A stretch of DNA of 64,000 bases from Octopus vulgaris. Its lineage: Eukaryota. Both the position numbers and the translations under genes were made by a program. Shown here piece by piece: positions 1 through 12,449 of this stretch. The DNA lies in the NCBI GenBank assembly GCA_951406725.2, contig OX597834.1, positions 20,398,001 through 20,462,000 of the forward strand, written 5' to 3'. How positions within the stretch are numbered: the stretch's first letter is position 1; every line of letters starts with the position of its first letter. The notes below the pieces were generated by a model that saw nothing but the letters and a program-made list of their open reading frames with translations, did not search any database and was not told the DNA's origin.

Positions 1-429
1 TGAGTCTGAATGGCTGTTCTCACACATTTCCTTTGCCATTCTCTGGGGCAATGCCGCCTTTACCATGAGTCTTACGTCTCTTAAATATAATGTCCTTCAG
101 CAGAGCAGATACCCAACAATTTATAGAAATAATGGAATATAATATAAAATTAAAGAAAAATGAGGCAAAAATCCAATAAGTTAATGCTTAGAGTAATGTA
201 ATAAATAAAGGGAAGAAGGATAAGTTATAAAGAAAACCAAGGAATGAGAGAGTAGGGTGAAGGGAGAGGGGAGAAATCGAGAGAGACAGGGAAGGAAGAA
301 AGGGGAAATGGAGAGGAAGGAAGAGGGGAGAGGAGGAAAGAAGGGAAACTGAGAGAAAGAGATTGTGATGTCTAAATAATATCATCTACCATGTTGTGAA
401 GGGGAGATAAAACATGATACACTACAGCC

Positions 430-1105
430 CTGATGGTGGTGGTGGTGCTGGTGCTGGTGATGTTCTCACTGGTTTATGGTGCTAGTGGCAATGATGATGA
501 TAATGATGATGATGATGGAGGTGGTGATTGGGATAGAGGTGGGGATGTTACCATCGATACCGATGATGATGATGGTGATAGAGCTTGCTGCTGTTGTGAT
601 GGTAGATGTGGTGGCAATACTGTTGATGGTGATTTGCTATAATACATGAAAAGGAGGAAGAGGAAGGGGAGGGAGAGGAAGGGAGGAGGAGGAGAGAGAT
701 AGTTATTGCTGTTGTTGCTAATGATGGCCATGGTAAGGGATAATAATGGTGATGGTCATGATGATGGTAGTGGTAGGTATGGCGATAGCAAGTGGTGATT
801 ATGACGACGATGATGATGATGGTGGCCTGGTGGCAGTGAGTGGTGGTGCTGGTGCCACGTGAGGATGTAACGATGGCACTAGTTTTGGTTGTGGTAAATG
901 TGGTCATAGTCGTCGTCACCATCATCATCATCACTGTTAGCAGTATTGGTAGTAGTGGTGGTGGTGGGGGTTTTGCTTTTAGTGATAGTAATGGAAGTAA
1001 TGGCTAGTGATACTGCTAATGGTGGTGGTGGTGGTGGTGGTGGTGGTGGTGGTAGTTGTACTACATGCATTATTGGTAGTCATGTTGGCAGTGATGGTGG
1101 GGGGA
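430..1105. repeat. (GAT)n/(GGT)n low-complexity trinucleotide region
   Basis: Degenerate GAT/GGT runs, e.g. pure (GGT)n at 1021-1053; overlapping ORFs are homopolymeric. Confidence 0.9.
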
Positions 1106-1184
1106 GCACCGAAAAAAAATCTCTTCGTCTGTTATTAATGCAATAAAATATGTCTTATGCTTGACCAAAACATCAATGGAATCA

Positions 1185-1457
1185 TTATATATATTCATGT
1201 GTGTATAAATACATATACATACTTATATGAGTGTGTGTGATGTGATTGTTCATGTGTATAAACACACACACACATGCATATGTATTATGCATATATATGT
1301 GAGTACCTATATACACACACATATATATACACATATATACATACATATATATGTACATATATACATATACATATATATATATACACACACACACATATAT
1401 ACACACATATATATAAATACATATATATACATATTCATACATATATATAGATATGTA

Positions 1458-1498
<41 letters not shown>

Positions 1499-1687
1499 AA
1501 TGAAATACGAAAATGAAAAATGAAAATGCAAGATATATATATGAATGAGAAAATGAAGACGGAATATAAATATATATATATGTACCTATGTGTATGTATA
1601 TATGTATATATGTGTGTATATATATATATATACGTATGTGTATGTATGTATATATATAAATTTATAGATGTGTATATATATATATAT

Positions 1688-1740
<53 letters not shown>

Positions 1741-1880
1741 TATATATATGTACAAATATATGTGTATACGTGAACATATATTTTATATCTGTGTTTGTGT
1801 GTGTGAAGGTCTATATATATGCATACACACATATACCCTTGCACACACCACACGGAGTGAGTGAGAGAGAGAGAGCAAAA
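1185..1880. repeat. Compound (TA)n/(CA)n/(TG)n microsatellite; representative of dozens of similar tracts in the window
   Basis: Direct reading; gives [12 protein letters not shown] ORFs. Confidence 0.95.
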
Positions 1881-1899
1881 GAGAAAGTGCATGTGTTTC

Positions 1900-2090
1900 T
1901 GTGTTCTGTGTTTGTTGATGTCTGTAATGAAATATGGGTCAGACAAGACAAAATGCAATCCAACAGAACGTTTCCAGCCGGACCAAAGATAGATTTTATT
2001 GTCGTTGCCGTTAACGTTGCTCATTTTGCTGTCGAAGGAGGAACTTTCCCTGTTCTGTTCCATGTTCCACATTGCATGGATCTCCTCTTT
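1900..2090 (-). mobile_element. Highly decayed RTE/BovB-like LINE endonuclease N-terminal fragment
   Basis: Three minus frames give CGTWN, EQGKFLLRQQ, then MSNVN...GLHFVLSDPY...NKHR, colinear with the RTE EN pattern GTWNV..QGKL....EM.RVN...G.F.SD.Y as I recall it. Needs several frameshifts. Confidence 0.45.
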
Positions 2091-2465
2091 GTCCTACCCA
2101 CCTTAAAAGCTGATGCATTTCCAGATGGAATAACTAATATTTCCCTGCATAGAGCATCCGTGAAATATTTTACAAAATGCTTTTGTGTGGGTATGTATGC
2201 ATATATGTATGTATGTATATTTATGTGTGTTTGTGTGTATATATGTATGTGTCTGTCTGACTCACCCGTTCCCTCTCTCTCCATAGATATATATATATAT
2301 ATAATAAAGTATTATTATCATTATTAAGTACAATAATAATAATAATAATAATAATAATTGGCCAACAAGTGAGAGATGTGTGGCTTAGGGGTATTGACTT
2401 CTATTTCTAGCAAGCTGGTATTTCGGTACTCTTGTTTATTTGTGTGTGTGTGTGTGTGTGTGTAT

Positions 2466-2861
2466 ACTCTTTTACTCTTTTACTTGTTTCAGTCATTTGA
2501 CTGCGGCCATGCTGGAGCACTGCCTTTAGTCAAGCAAATCGACCTCAGGACTTATTCTTTGTAAGCCCAGTACTTATTCTATCGGTCTCTTTTGCCGAAC
2601 CGCTAAGTGACAGGGATGTAAACACACCAGCATCGGTTGTCAAGTAATGCTAGGGGGACAAACACAGACACACAAACACATACACACACATACATATATA
2701 CGACAGGCTTCTTTCAGTTTCCGTCTACCAAATCCACTCACAAGGCATTCGTCGGCCTGGGGCTATAGCAGAAGACACTTGCCCAAGATGCCACACAGTG
2801 GGACTGAACCCGGAACCATGTGGTTGGTTAGCAAGCTACTTACCACACAGCCACTCCTGTG

Positions 2862-2864
<3 letters not shown>
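2466..2864 (-). mobile_element. tRNA-derived SINE family A, full length (~400 bp)
   Basis: Minus strand: A-box-like TGGCTGTGTGGT, B-box-like GGTTCAGTCCC, CORE-like CTTGGGCAAGT, internal (TA/TG)n, tail GAAACAAGTAAAAGAG; many near-identical copies in the window. Confidence 0.9.
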
Positions 2865-2896
<32 letters not shown>

Positions 2897-3512
2897 CTGT
2901 ATGTATGTATATATGTGTATGTTTGTCTATATATAGATATATATTTCTATGTGTGTGTACATGTGTGAATGTATATATATGCGTGTGTATTTGTATGCAT
3001 ACATTTATATATATATATATATACACACTCACATATATATGTATACACACATATATATATACATATATATGTACATGTATCAAATGAAATAAAATGAAAA
3101 ACAGGACACTTTATTTCATTTGATACATATATCCTCTCACCTCTGCTACTAGCTGGCATATACAGGTGCTTACATTTATCAAGTATTCACCCTGAATTTA
3201 TTATATATATATACATATATATATATATACATATATATATATGTATATATATATATACATACATACATACATACACATATATATATATATATTGGTTTGT
3301 GTGTGTTTGTGTTTGGCAGTACAGCAAATATTTTTATTTTACATATTCTATGTTTTAACAAGCAAAAGCTCTGCTTTCACTGATTCCAAGATTGCTCTTC
3401 TAAAGCAGAACATATTATTTCAGAACTGTTTATGAATCCATAAAAGTAGGCTATTTTTTGTGATGGCAGGGACGGGTTGCAGTGCTTCAATTTAGCTGTA
3501 TCTCTTCTGTTA

Positions 3513-4669
3513 GTCTGATCAATAAGTATCTGGATTGTTGCTATAGTAACGAAACTAAAGCATGCAGAGTGAAACCACTTTGCACAGATTGACCTTGAAC
3601 ACTGCTGTGCATACACACTAAGTTTTAACATTCTTGCCCACATCTGCTGTTTACAGCAATGCTTGGAAGGAAGGTGTGTAGCATGTGAACATCACATTAA
3701 ACATAACAGAGAAAGACGAGAAGAGAATCTGCATCAAATTTTCTCAAAAGCTTGGCGATACCTGCTCAGAGGCCTGCACAATGTTTTCAAAAGGTTTTCA
3801 TCATTCTCGACACAGTCAAGGAGATCTTGTGCCATTGCAAACCGAGTCTTTTTGGTCAGCTGAAAGCAGTTTTAGCACAAATTTGTCATACACGGTGGCA
3901 CGCAAAAAGCACCATCCGAACGTGGCTGACGCCAGCGCTGCCTAGACTGGCTTCCGTGCCGGTGGCTCATAAAAAGCACCAATCCGATCATGGCTGTTGC
4001 TAGCCTTGCCTGGCACGTAAAAAGCACCCACTACACTCACAGAGTGGTTGGCGTTAGGAAGGGCATCCAGCTGTAGAAACAGTGCCAGATCAGACTGGGG
4101 CCTGGCGCAGCCTTCTGGCTTCCCAGATCCCCGGTCGAACCATCCGACCCATGCTAGCATGGAGAACAGACGTTAAACAATGATGATGATGACATCTCAC
4201 ACCCAAATCTTCAGAGATAATGGACTGAACTGAACTGTAACTAATCTGCACATCCGCTGATAACTCACGGATGCTGATTCAATGATTCCCTTCACAGCTG
4301 CATGCACATCTGTGATCTTTTGTTCAGCTCTGCTGGTTGTGGGTCTCCCAGAACATTTGTCAACATCGATATTTTTTGGCCATCTTGAACATGTCTAAAC
4401 CACTCATTCACTTGTATGCAGCTCATACACTCTTCTCCATACACTTTCTGCACCTTTGTGTAGGCCTTTGAGCATGGTCAATGTGATGACCACACACTAC
4501 ACACCTTCCTTTCAAGCACTGCTGTAAACTGTGAAAGTGTGCTAGAACATTAAAACTTAGTGCACATGCACAGTAGTGATTGAGGTTAATCTGTGTCAAG
4601 CAGCTTTACTCTGCATGATTTAGCTTTATTACTATGGCATCAGTCCGGATACCTATTCATTAGACCTCG
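3513..4669 (-). mobile_element. Mariner-family transposon relic: minus-strand 5' half (about 3785-4669) joined to an inverted copy of the 5' end (3513-3785)
   Basis: Terminus TA-CGAGG at 4669. Minus translation KVYGEECMS..V.EWF..Q.G...D.DK.SGRP...IRELS..V.IS.SSVQSII.EDLG continues after an insertion as KFV.KLLSADQK...QDLLDCVENDENLL. Plus copy encodes EKRICIKFSQKLGDTCSEA. Confidence 0.85.
3893..4192 (+). mobile_element. Repeat family C (RTE-type 3' tail, (GAT)n end) inserted in the mariner relic
   Basis: Repeated GGCACGTAAAAAGCACC units, TTGGCGTTAGGAAGGGCATCC, tail CCCATGCTAGCATGG..GACGTTAAA(TGA)n; more than 10 copies in the window. Confidence 0.85.
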
Positions 4670-4756
4670 TATATATATATGTGTGTGTGTGTATAGAGAT
4701 GTAGAGAGTAAAATTGAAATATATATATTATATACATACACACACACACACATATA

Positions 4757-4955
4757 ATGCCATGATAGACCGTTAGCTCCTACACGCATATTTTCTCTCC
4801 TTGTTTCTTTTCTGTGTATCTTTCTGTCGAAGAGCATAGGCTCGAAACGTAAAAGACTTGTTCTATTTCTATTCCTGAGCGCCATACTAATACATTTGTT
4901 TGTTTGTACTCCACCTGCCTTCGTCTTTTGTTTATTTTCGTAAACCTTCCCGTTA
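4757..4955 (+). mobile_element. ~190-bp hammerhead-containing short element (Penelope pLTR or retrozyme-like)
   Basis: Second copy at 17170-17356 on the minus strand; both flanked by (TA)/(CA) repeats. Confidence 0.7.
4819..4856 (+). ncRNA. Minimal type I hammerhead-like ribozyme, A6U core variant
   Basis: tcttt-CTGTCGA-A-gagc(atag)gctc-GAAA-cg-TA-aaaga; stems I and II pair perfectly; stem III is the ACGT palindrome. Confidence 0.65.
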
Positions 4956-6623
4956 TATATATATATATATATATATACATACACACACATACATATATAG
5001 ATATATACGTACATATATATGTATTTGTACATACTCTTGTCTAGACATCTTGTGATGGTTGTATATGGGCGTCATCATCATGCAAGTGAGGTTGTTTGTT
5101 TCTAGGTTTTTGTAAAATACACGTCTGGATATGGGGAAAATATTACTTTGCTTAGTAAACTAGTAATGGTTGGTGACAGCGAAGGTATCTGCTGTAACAG
5201 AATTTTGTTTCATCCATGCAAGCATGAGATAGTGGACGTTAAATGACGATAATACATGCACATGTGCACACACTCACAGAGAAGATACTTGGCTATTCCA
5301 GTAGGTAAAAAAAGGAGAGGAAGGAGAAATAGAGTCATAGAGAAATATACAGAGACAGAGTAAGAAAGAGAGAAAGAGTAATATAAAATGTTTTTTATAC
5401 ATATCTTGGAGAACTTAGAGAACTTCGAGAACAATTCCTTCCTTCGCCTCTGCCATTATTAAAAACCCTGTGATGAGAAAACACATATGATTCTCCATGT
5501 AGCACAAGATAAATCATCAAAAACACAAACTAGGGTCTATGAAATACAGCATGAAATACAAAATAGGCTGAATATACGATTTTTATACACCTTCCATGAA
5601 AAAGATAACTTCTAATTTTTCTTTTATATTCCAATATATTTCAGTTTGCCAATCCATTTTTATTCAATGGTTTTGCTTTTTTTTTTTTTTCTCTCTATGT
5701 TACCATTTATTGTTTGGTTCTTGCTTGATAGGAATATATCTGGGTTTTTTGTTGACAGAAAAAAATGGTTGCTGTGATTCTGTTCTTAATCTCTTAGAGA
5801 GGTATTAGTACATTGTGCCTCAAGAAATAAAATTGATGAAACTCTAAGAATATTTCTATGCTAATAGTAAAGCCTCCTGCTGTGTGATATCTGCAACACA
5901 CACACACACACACACTCACTCACACACATACACACGTACACACTTGTATGTGTGTGTATATGTATATATGTGTATGTGTGTATGTTTGTGTGTAAGCATG
6001 TGTGTGTGTGTAAGAATATATGTAAGCATATATATGTGCATGTGCGTGTATGTATGTACGTGTGTGTAGGTATGTAAATGCGTTAGTATATATGTGTGGG
6101 TGTGCGTGTATCTGTATATATGTCTATGTGTGTAAGTATGTGTGTATATAAATGTGTAAGTATATATGTGTGTGTATATGTATATATGAGTGTGTGTGTG
6201 TGTGTTTTATGACTTTGATTGTATGGAGTTTATGTGTAAGTATATATGTGTGGGTGTGTGTGTATCTGTACATATGTGTGTATATAAATGTGTAAGTATA
6301 TATGTGTGGGTGTGTGTGTGTAAATCTATATATGAGTGTGTGTAAGTATGTGTGTGTGTGTATTTCATGACTTTGATTGTATGGAGTTTACGACATTTAT
6401 AATACTGCCATAAGAACCAGAAATGAAATCAAAAGCATTTGCTTGAAGAACCCATTTCTGCTTGAGTCTTTCACAAAGGTTCTTAAACAAAAGAACAGAA
6501 GAATAACCGTTTCCTTCAAACTTTCATTTCATGTTTCAAAAACACAATGCATCACCCACTCCAGGAACCAAAACCACAATCTTATAATCAAGTGTACAAC
6601 AACCAAACCACTATGCCCTGTGC

Positions 6624-7050
6624 CTCTCTCTCTCTCTCTATCCGCTCAATCGAAGTCGACTCTCGGTTACTCTTTGGATCAGTGTCCTCCAGTCAGTTCT
6701 ATCCTAGGCTGCTTCCTTCAGATTGGCCATGTCCATTCCGGTATCACTCCTGATGGTGTCAAGCCAGTGGGTTCTTGGTCGGCCTCTTCCTCTCTTGCCA
6801 CTGACCATTCTGAGCATGATGTCCTTCTCCAGGGATTCTCTCTGCATAATATGACCGAAATATGCCAATCTACGCTTGGTGATCCCAGCTTCTAGTGACA
6901 TTTTTGGCCTGATCTGCTTAAGAACTTCTCCATTGGCGAGCCTCGCTGTCCATGGAATCTGCAAAAGTCTTCTCCAACACCAAAGCTCAAAAGCATTAAT
7001 TCTCTTCTGGTCAGCTTTCTTTAGTGTCCAGGTCTCGCATCCATATGTGC
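6624..7050 (-). mobile_element. RTE/BovB-like LINE, 5'-truncated 3' end with (GA)n tail
   Basis: YGCETWTLKKADQKRINAFELWCWRRLLQIPWTAR...YFGHIMQRESLEKDIML..VSGKRGRGRPR..WLD, typical RTE C-terminus; one in-frame stop. Confidence 0.92.
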
Positions 7051-7449
7051 AAGGGCAGAGGAGGCATACAGGAAAGATAAATCTACCTCCTTCGACTCAT
7101 ATAGACCAGTGCTCTCTTGTGGTACACTTACATTTTCTTCATAATTTAGTGGCACACCTGAATTAAAAATATAACTAAAAATATAGGAAAAAAATTATAT
7201 TCACACGTAGGATCGTCTTGTGCAACCCAGTGTGCCATGGCTTACCAGTTGCAGAACATTGATACAAACTCGTAGGGCTGGTCTCCTGGTTTATGTGGTG
7301 TGTGTATTCCCCACTGCACCGGTCCATTGCGAGAATATTCATTTACACAACACATCACCTGGTCCAGGAATTGAAACCACAATCTTACAACTGTGAGTCC
7401 AACACCCTAAACACTAAGCCACATGCCTCTACTATGACAGCTTGCCACC

Positions 7450-7677
7450 TTAACCCATCTGTTGTATTTCTGTTGAGATTCTCTGTGTTTCTTTCAATTA
7501 ATTTTAAATATAACAAAGAACTTAGTAAAATAACTTGGTTATTATTAAGCTAGTTTTAGGAACATAAATTGTGACTAAGGTTTCGTGGAAGATTTTAATT
7601 CAGAACTTATGCAAACAAGACATTTGTACTACAAAGCCAGAGGCAGTTCCAGGCAGGTTGGTATCAAAAGCATTAAG
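7450..7677. mobile_element. MITE copy 1 (piggyBac-like TTAA-CCC end), degenerate
   Basis: Colinear with 7700-8266; starts ttaaccc, ends ggtatcaaaagcattaa. Confidence 0.65.
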
Positions 7678-7699
7678 AATTGTTTCTCTATTATATATC

Positions 7700-8266
7700 T
7701 TAACCCTTTTGTTACCATATTTCTGTTGAGATGCTCTGTGTTTCTTTCAATTTATTCTAAATATAACAAAGAATTTAGTAAAATAACTTAGTTATCATTA
7801 AGCTAGTGTTAGGAAGTGAAGGTGCATGGCTCAGTGGTTAGAGCATCGAGCTTACAATTGTGAGGTTGTGAGTTCGAATCCTGGACCGGGCTGCGTGTTG
7901 TGTTCTTGAGCAAGACACTTCATTTCATGCTGCTCCAGTTCACTCAGCTGTAGAAATGACTTGCGATGTCACAGGTGCCAAGCTGTATCTGCTGTTGCCT
8001 TTCCCTTTGATGATACTGGTGGCGTGGTGAGGGGGAGGCCGGTATGCATGGTCTTCCATAAACAACCTTGCCCGAACTTGTGCCTGGGAGGATAACTTTC
8101 TAGGTGCAATCCCACGGTCAGTCATGACTGAAGGGGATCTGAAGTGTTAGGAACATAAATTGTGACTAAGGTTTGGTGGAAGATTTTAATTCAGAACTTT
8201 TGTAAATAAGACATTTGTACTTCAGAGCCAGAGGCAGTTTCAGCTGGGTTGGTGTCAAAAGGGTTA
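7700..8266. mobile_element. MITE copy 2 (piggyBac-like) interrupted by a SINE
   Basis: Terminal inverted repeats taacccttttgttacc / ggtgtcaaaagggtta, left end in TTAA. Confidence 0.7.
7816..8142 (+). mobile_element. tRNA-derived SINE family D with 11-bp TSD
   Basis: A box TGGCTCAGTGG, B box GTTCGAATCC, TTCTTGAGCAAGACACTT; TSD agtgttaggaa at 7805-7815 and 8143-8153; second copy at 61290-61625. Confidence 0.9.
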
Positions 8267-8299
8267 GGGTCCTAATGGATATTGTCATACAAGATATAT

Positions 8300-8480
8300 G
8301 ACCACTAAACTGGCTCGCTGTCTTTTATGACAGTGAGTGTTCCAGTTGTCCAGACAATGGATCAGCTTGCTCATTAAATTAAAGTGCAAGTGGCTGAGTG
8401 CTCCACAGGCACGTAACTTTAATATAGTTCTCAAGGAGATTCAGCATGACACAGAATGTGGCAGGGCTGGCCCTTTTCAT
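8300..8480 (-). mobile_element. Isolated 3' part of SINE family E2
   Basis: Reverse complement matches 54985-55120 (GTGGAG.CTCAGCCACTTG motif). Confidence 0.7.
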
Positions 8481-8486
8481 TACAAG

Positions 8487-8720
8487 TCATCATCATCATC
8501 ATTTAACTTCCGTTGTCCATGATGGCATGGGTTGGATGGTTTGACCATGGCTGGTAAGCTGAAAGGTGCACCAGACACCAGTCTGATTTAGCATGGTTTG
8601 CTATGGTTGGATGCCTTTCCTAACACCAACAACTCCAAGAGTGTAATGGGTGCTTTTATGTGCCACTGGCATGGGTGCCATTTGCATAACACCGCTATCT
8701 GCCATGACCGCGATGGGTTT
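8487..8720 (-). mobile_element. Repeat family C variant
   Basis: (CAT)n-ttaac..ggcatgggttgga...ggatgcctttcctaacaccaac...gggtgctttt. Confidence 0.8.
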
Positions 8721-9576
8721 TCTCCAGCATGGCATAATGTCAAAGGTCTTGGTCATTGCCTCTGTGAGGCCAAATGTGAAATAAAACCTCTGACACAAGG
8801 ACTCGATGCACTGCCAGGAATCGAACACACGACCTTATGATCATCATGCACCTTTACTTATGACCACTACTTGTCATACTAAAACTCTAAACTCAATATC
8901 ACTTCTAATTAAATATTGAACATAAATCACCATCCTAAACAACAGGTAACTCACAATCAATATACAATTCATCGAGCATGGCGTCTTCATATCACATAAA
9001 TTTTCATGTTTTACAAAACATGAAAATCTCAAAGCCATACAGAAATGAAGCATGAAAATCAAACAGAACACACACTTCTGTGCGAATTGAAATATTCGTT
9101 TCGCTCAGTCAGCCATGTGGAACACCAAATATATTTCCCCAGCTATCTTCTTGTTTTAGTTTCATGTGACTCCATTGTCCAGTCGTGCCTAGTATATTAT
9201 TCACCTTGGATACGTTTTTATCCATTTATAAAGACCAACCATTACCAATGCTCATTCTTTCTATAAACCTTTTCAATTTAAAGGGAGGCGTTCTCATCCC
9301 ATATTTCCATATATATTTAATGAAACCAATTTTGTGCTCATTGTCTTATATACATACATACATACATACACACACACAAAATATATATAAGTGTGTGTAT
9401 AGTATATTTGTACATAGGTGCATGTGTGGCTGTGAGGTAAGATGTTTGCTTTCCGACAGTGGAGTTCTGTGTTCAGTCCTACTGCGTGGCACCTTGAGCA
9501 AGAGTCTTCACCTGTAGCTCCAGGCCAACCAGAAACTTGTGAGTGGATTAGGTAGGCAGAAATTGTGTGGAAGCCC

Positions 9577-9644
<68 letters not shown>

Positions 9645-9782
9645 ATTAGGAAATAGTAGCCCAACAAGGTACCAATGTTTGCTGGAAATAGCAGTCGATA
9701 GCCGTACGAGGCTATAGTGAAGCTTCACTGAATATATGGAGGTAAAGATTAATTAATAGATATTTGTCTGATATACAAACAA

Positions 9783-9821
<39 letters not shown>

Positions 9822-10258
9822 GAAATATGTTACAAAAAGAAAATATAAAATACACGTGGAAATGTAAGGGTAAAATATGAAAAATCAATGAAAATGCACA
9901 TTGTAAATAAAAATTAAAAAAGGTTTTTTATGAAAGGTAACGACAAATATATATATTTAGATGGACTGAGGTAGTAATAAAAGTCATAAAAGTCATTATT
10001 ATGAGATGATTATAAAGTCAGAAAACAAAACATACCATTGTTTCTGCAAAGCTATTCATTGCTTTGTATACACATTTATATATATAAAAGTAATCATTTG
10101 GATTTAAGGTATATGGTTAGCAGCAAGCTGATTAAAGCACTTCTACCATTTAGGCTACCTGATGTCATCTGCAGTTTTGATGTAAGAGTCACTGGATCTA
10201 CCTTAGGAATTTTGCAGCATTCATTGAGTTTATAATGGATGAGAGAAACAGAAAATGG

Positions 10259-10584
10259 AGTTCACAACAAGCTTTATTCATCACAATGATAGTTTCAAAC
10301 CATCTTGCATTGGCCCCTTGAAGGTGGCATACTGTACAACTGGTTGTGTTGCATCTTCCGGTGCAGATGCATCTCATCAGGTGTCTTGTTTTAAATAAGA
10401 TAACCTCACTTAATATATTCAGTTTCACTTGGCATGTTGTTGCTGTCAGTAGGTTGTTGGCTATAATATATGCACCCTGTACCAGAGGTTGCACCACAAT
10501 GAGTTGTACAGTATCCCAACAAGAAGGGACCGATGCTGGATAGGTCGAAATGATCATTGTGATGAATAAAGATTCTTCTGAACT
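10259..10584. repeat. Divergent inverted repeat (~110-bp arms) of a hammerhead-like element
   Basis: 10272-10290 and 10553-10571 are a perfect 19-bp inverted match; homology extends through agttgtacagtat; CTGATGA on the left arm and GAAATGATCATT on the right arm. Confidence 0.7.
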
Positions 10585-10634
10585 GTGGTTACCATTTCCC
10601 TCATTTATTATAGTATATATTATCATCATCATCA

Positions 10635-10860
10635 TCGTCATCATTATCATCCTCATTTAACGTCCATTGTCCACGCTGGCATGGGTTGGACAGTCTGACC
10701 AGGGCTGGTAAGCTGGAAGGCTGCACCTGACTCCAGTCTGATTTGGCATGGTTTTCTACGGCTGGATGCCCTTATTAATGCCAGCCATTTCAAGAGTGTA
10801 ATGGGTGCTTTTACATGCCATTTGCGAGATACCAGTATCTGCCATGACTGCGATTTTGCT
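10635..10860 (-). mobile_element. Repeat family C variant
   Basis: catttaacgtcc...ggcatgggttggac...ctccagtctgatttggc...ggctggatgccctt. Confidence 0.8.
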
Positions 10861-10863
10861 CGT

Positions 10864-10944
10864 TGATAGTGACTTCGAAATTTTGTCCATTTAAGGCATC
10901 ATCAGATGATGGTTTAACTGGCTGAAACTTCCAAGTCCCTGTCA
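10864..10944. repeat. Imperfect palindrome made of two back-to-back hammerhead relics
   Basis: Centred on 10904 (catcatc-a-gatgatg); plus arm ends GAAA-cttccaag-TC; minus arm reads CTGATGA...aaaa-tttcgaag-TC. Confidence 0.6.
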
Positions 10945-11694
10945 GCAATATTCTTGCTTAAGAATGATAAATTTGCTCTCTACAAAAGTATAGATTAACC
11001 CATCAGATTAATGTAAATTGTTTTTACTATATTGTTATATTTCAGAATGGTCATTTTGCCAGTTTAGCCAATAAAAACACATGCACTATATATTTGGTGT
11101 AATTTTGCTTCAGCGATATATATTTTTTACATTAATCTTAATCTTATTTCGGCCAGAATTCTTTCATCACATAAAAAATCTTGCACAACAAATATATAAA
11201 CGTTTTTACTATAATTGAACATGAAAACCAAACATTACTACATATGTGTGTGTGGGGGTGTAGCTATAAATATAATTATCGTTGCTATTATGTTAAACCA
11301 TCGTATGTCCAAATTTGGCGAATATCATTTTTTGCAGTTTTTATTTTTACTTGCAATAGCCGGTTCTTTTGTTCAAACTATCATAGGTGCTTCAGATGCC
11401 AAGATATCAGAAATTGTCAAAGTGCAGTACAACAGTTTTGCTATGGAATGGTGAAACTTATTTTTTCGTTTTCTGGAAAAGCAACATTTTGGACTTACGA
11501 CACTTTTGCATAATAGCAACACTACATATGTGTGTGTGTGTAGTTATATATATATGTATATATTATTCTTTTATTCTTTTATATGTTTCAGCCTTGGGGC
11601 TGTGACCATGCTGGGGCACCACCAAATATATATATATATATATGTTTATACACACACACACACATATATATATAAATGCATGTTTATATATATG

Positions 11695-11736
<42 letters not shown>

Positions 11737-11781
11737 TATGTATATATCTATCTATATCTATCTATATATATATATATATAC

Positions 11782-11846
<65 letters not shown>

Positions 11847-12449
11847 TACATACATATTCATATATGTGTGTGTGTGTGGATATATATCTCTATCTAGATG
11901 AAACTATTTATATGAATGCATTTGACAACTTAACATAAAACACTTGTATAATATTGAAGAATTGACATTCCTTAGCAATGTCTGCGAGAAAGTCTTTTCT
12001 CTCCTTTATATTTCTGAGTGAGTGCCGTTCGATTTGTTAGTTGCTTGGCTGAGTTCAGTGGTTTGGAAAGTATAGAAATATGGAGATGAAATTTCTGTTG
12101 ATACCTGGAGAAATAAATGGCCAATTTATTTACTGCCTCCTTTCCAAAATCAGAGAAGCTATTTTGAAAATATTGTCTGTTGATGATAGCACTAATAATC
12201 CTTTCTACTACAGGCTGAAGGCCTGAAATTTTGAGGGAGGGGGCTAGACAATTATATCGGCCCTAGAGCGGTTCAGGAATCAAACACACTATCTCATGAT
12301 TGTGAGCCCAGTGCTCTAACCACTGTGCCATGTGCCTTCACCACTGAAAGGTGCTCTTAGACAATATTCCCAAATACCAGGAAACCCAAACATATCATCT
12401 CCATCTGCCACTGGGGTTGATTCATTCAACTAAGATTCTTCAGAATTGC

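Noticed and set aside
69-106. Minus-strand CTGCTGAA..GAGACGTA hammerhead-like trace
   Set aside because: Both core halves are mutated and stem II does not pair.
1668-2327. 219-aa plus-strand ORF
   Set aside because: Microsatellite ends; the middle is better explained as the antisense of a decayed LINE endonuclease.
7816-7895. tRNA gene-like A/B boxes (also at 28920-28998, 54772, 61290)
   Set aside because: SINE heads: no acceptor stem or terminator, followed by SINE bodies and in one case a TSD.
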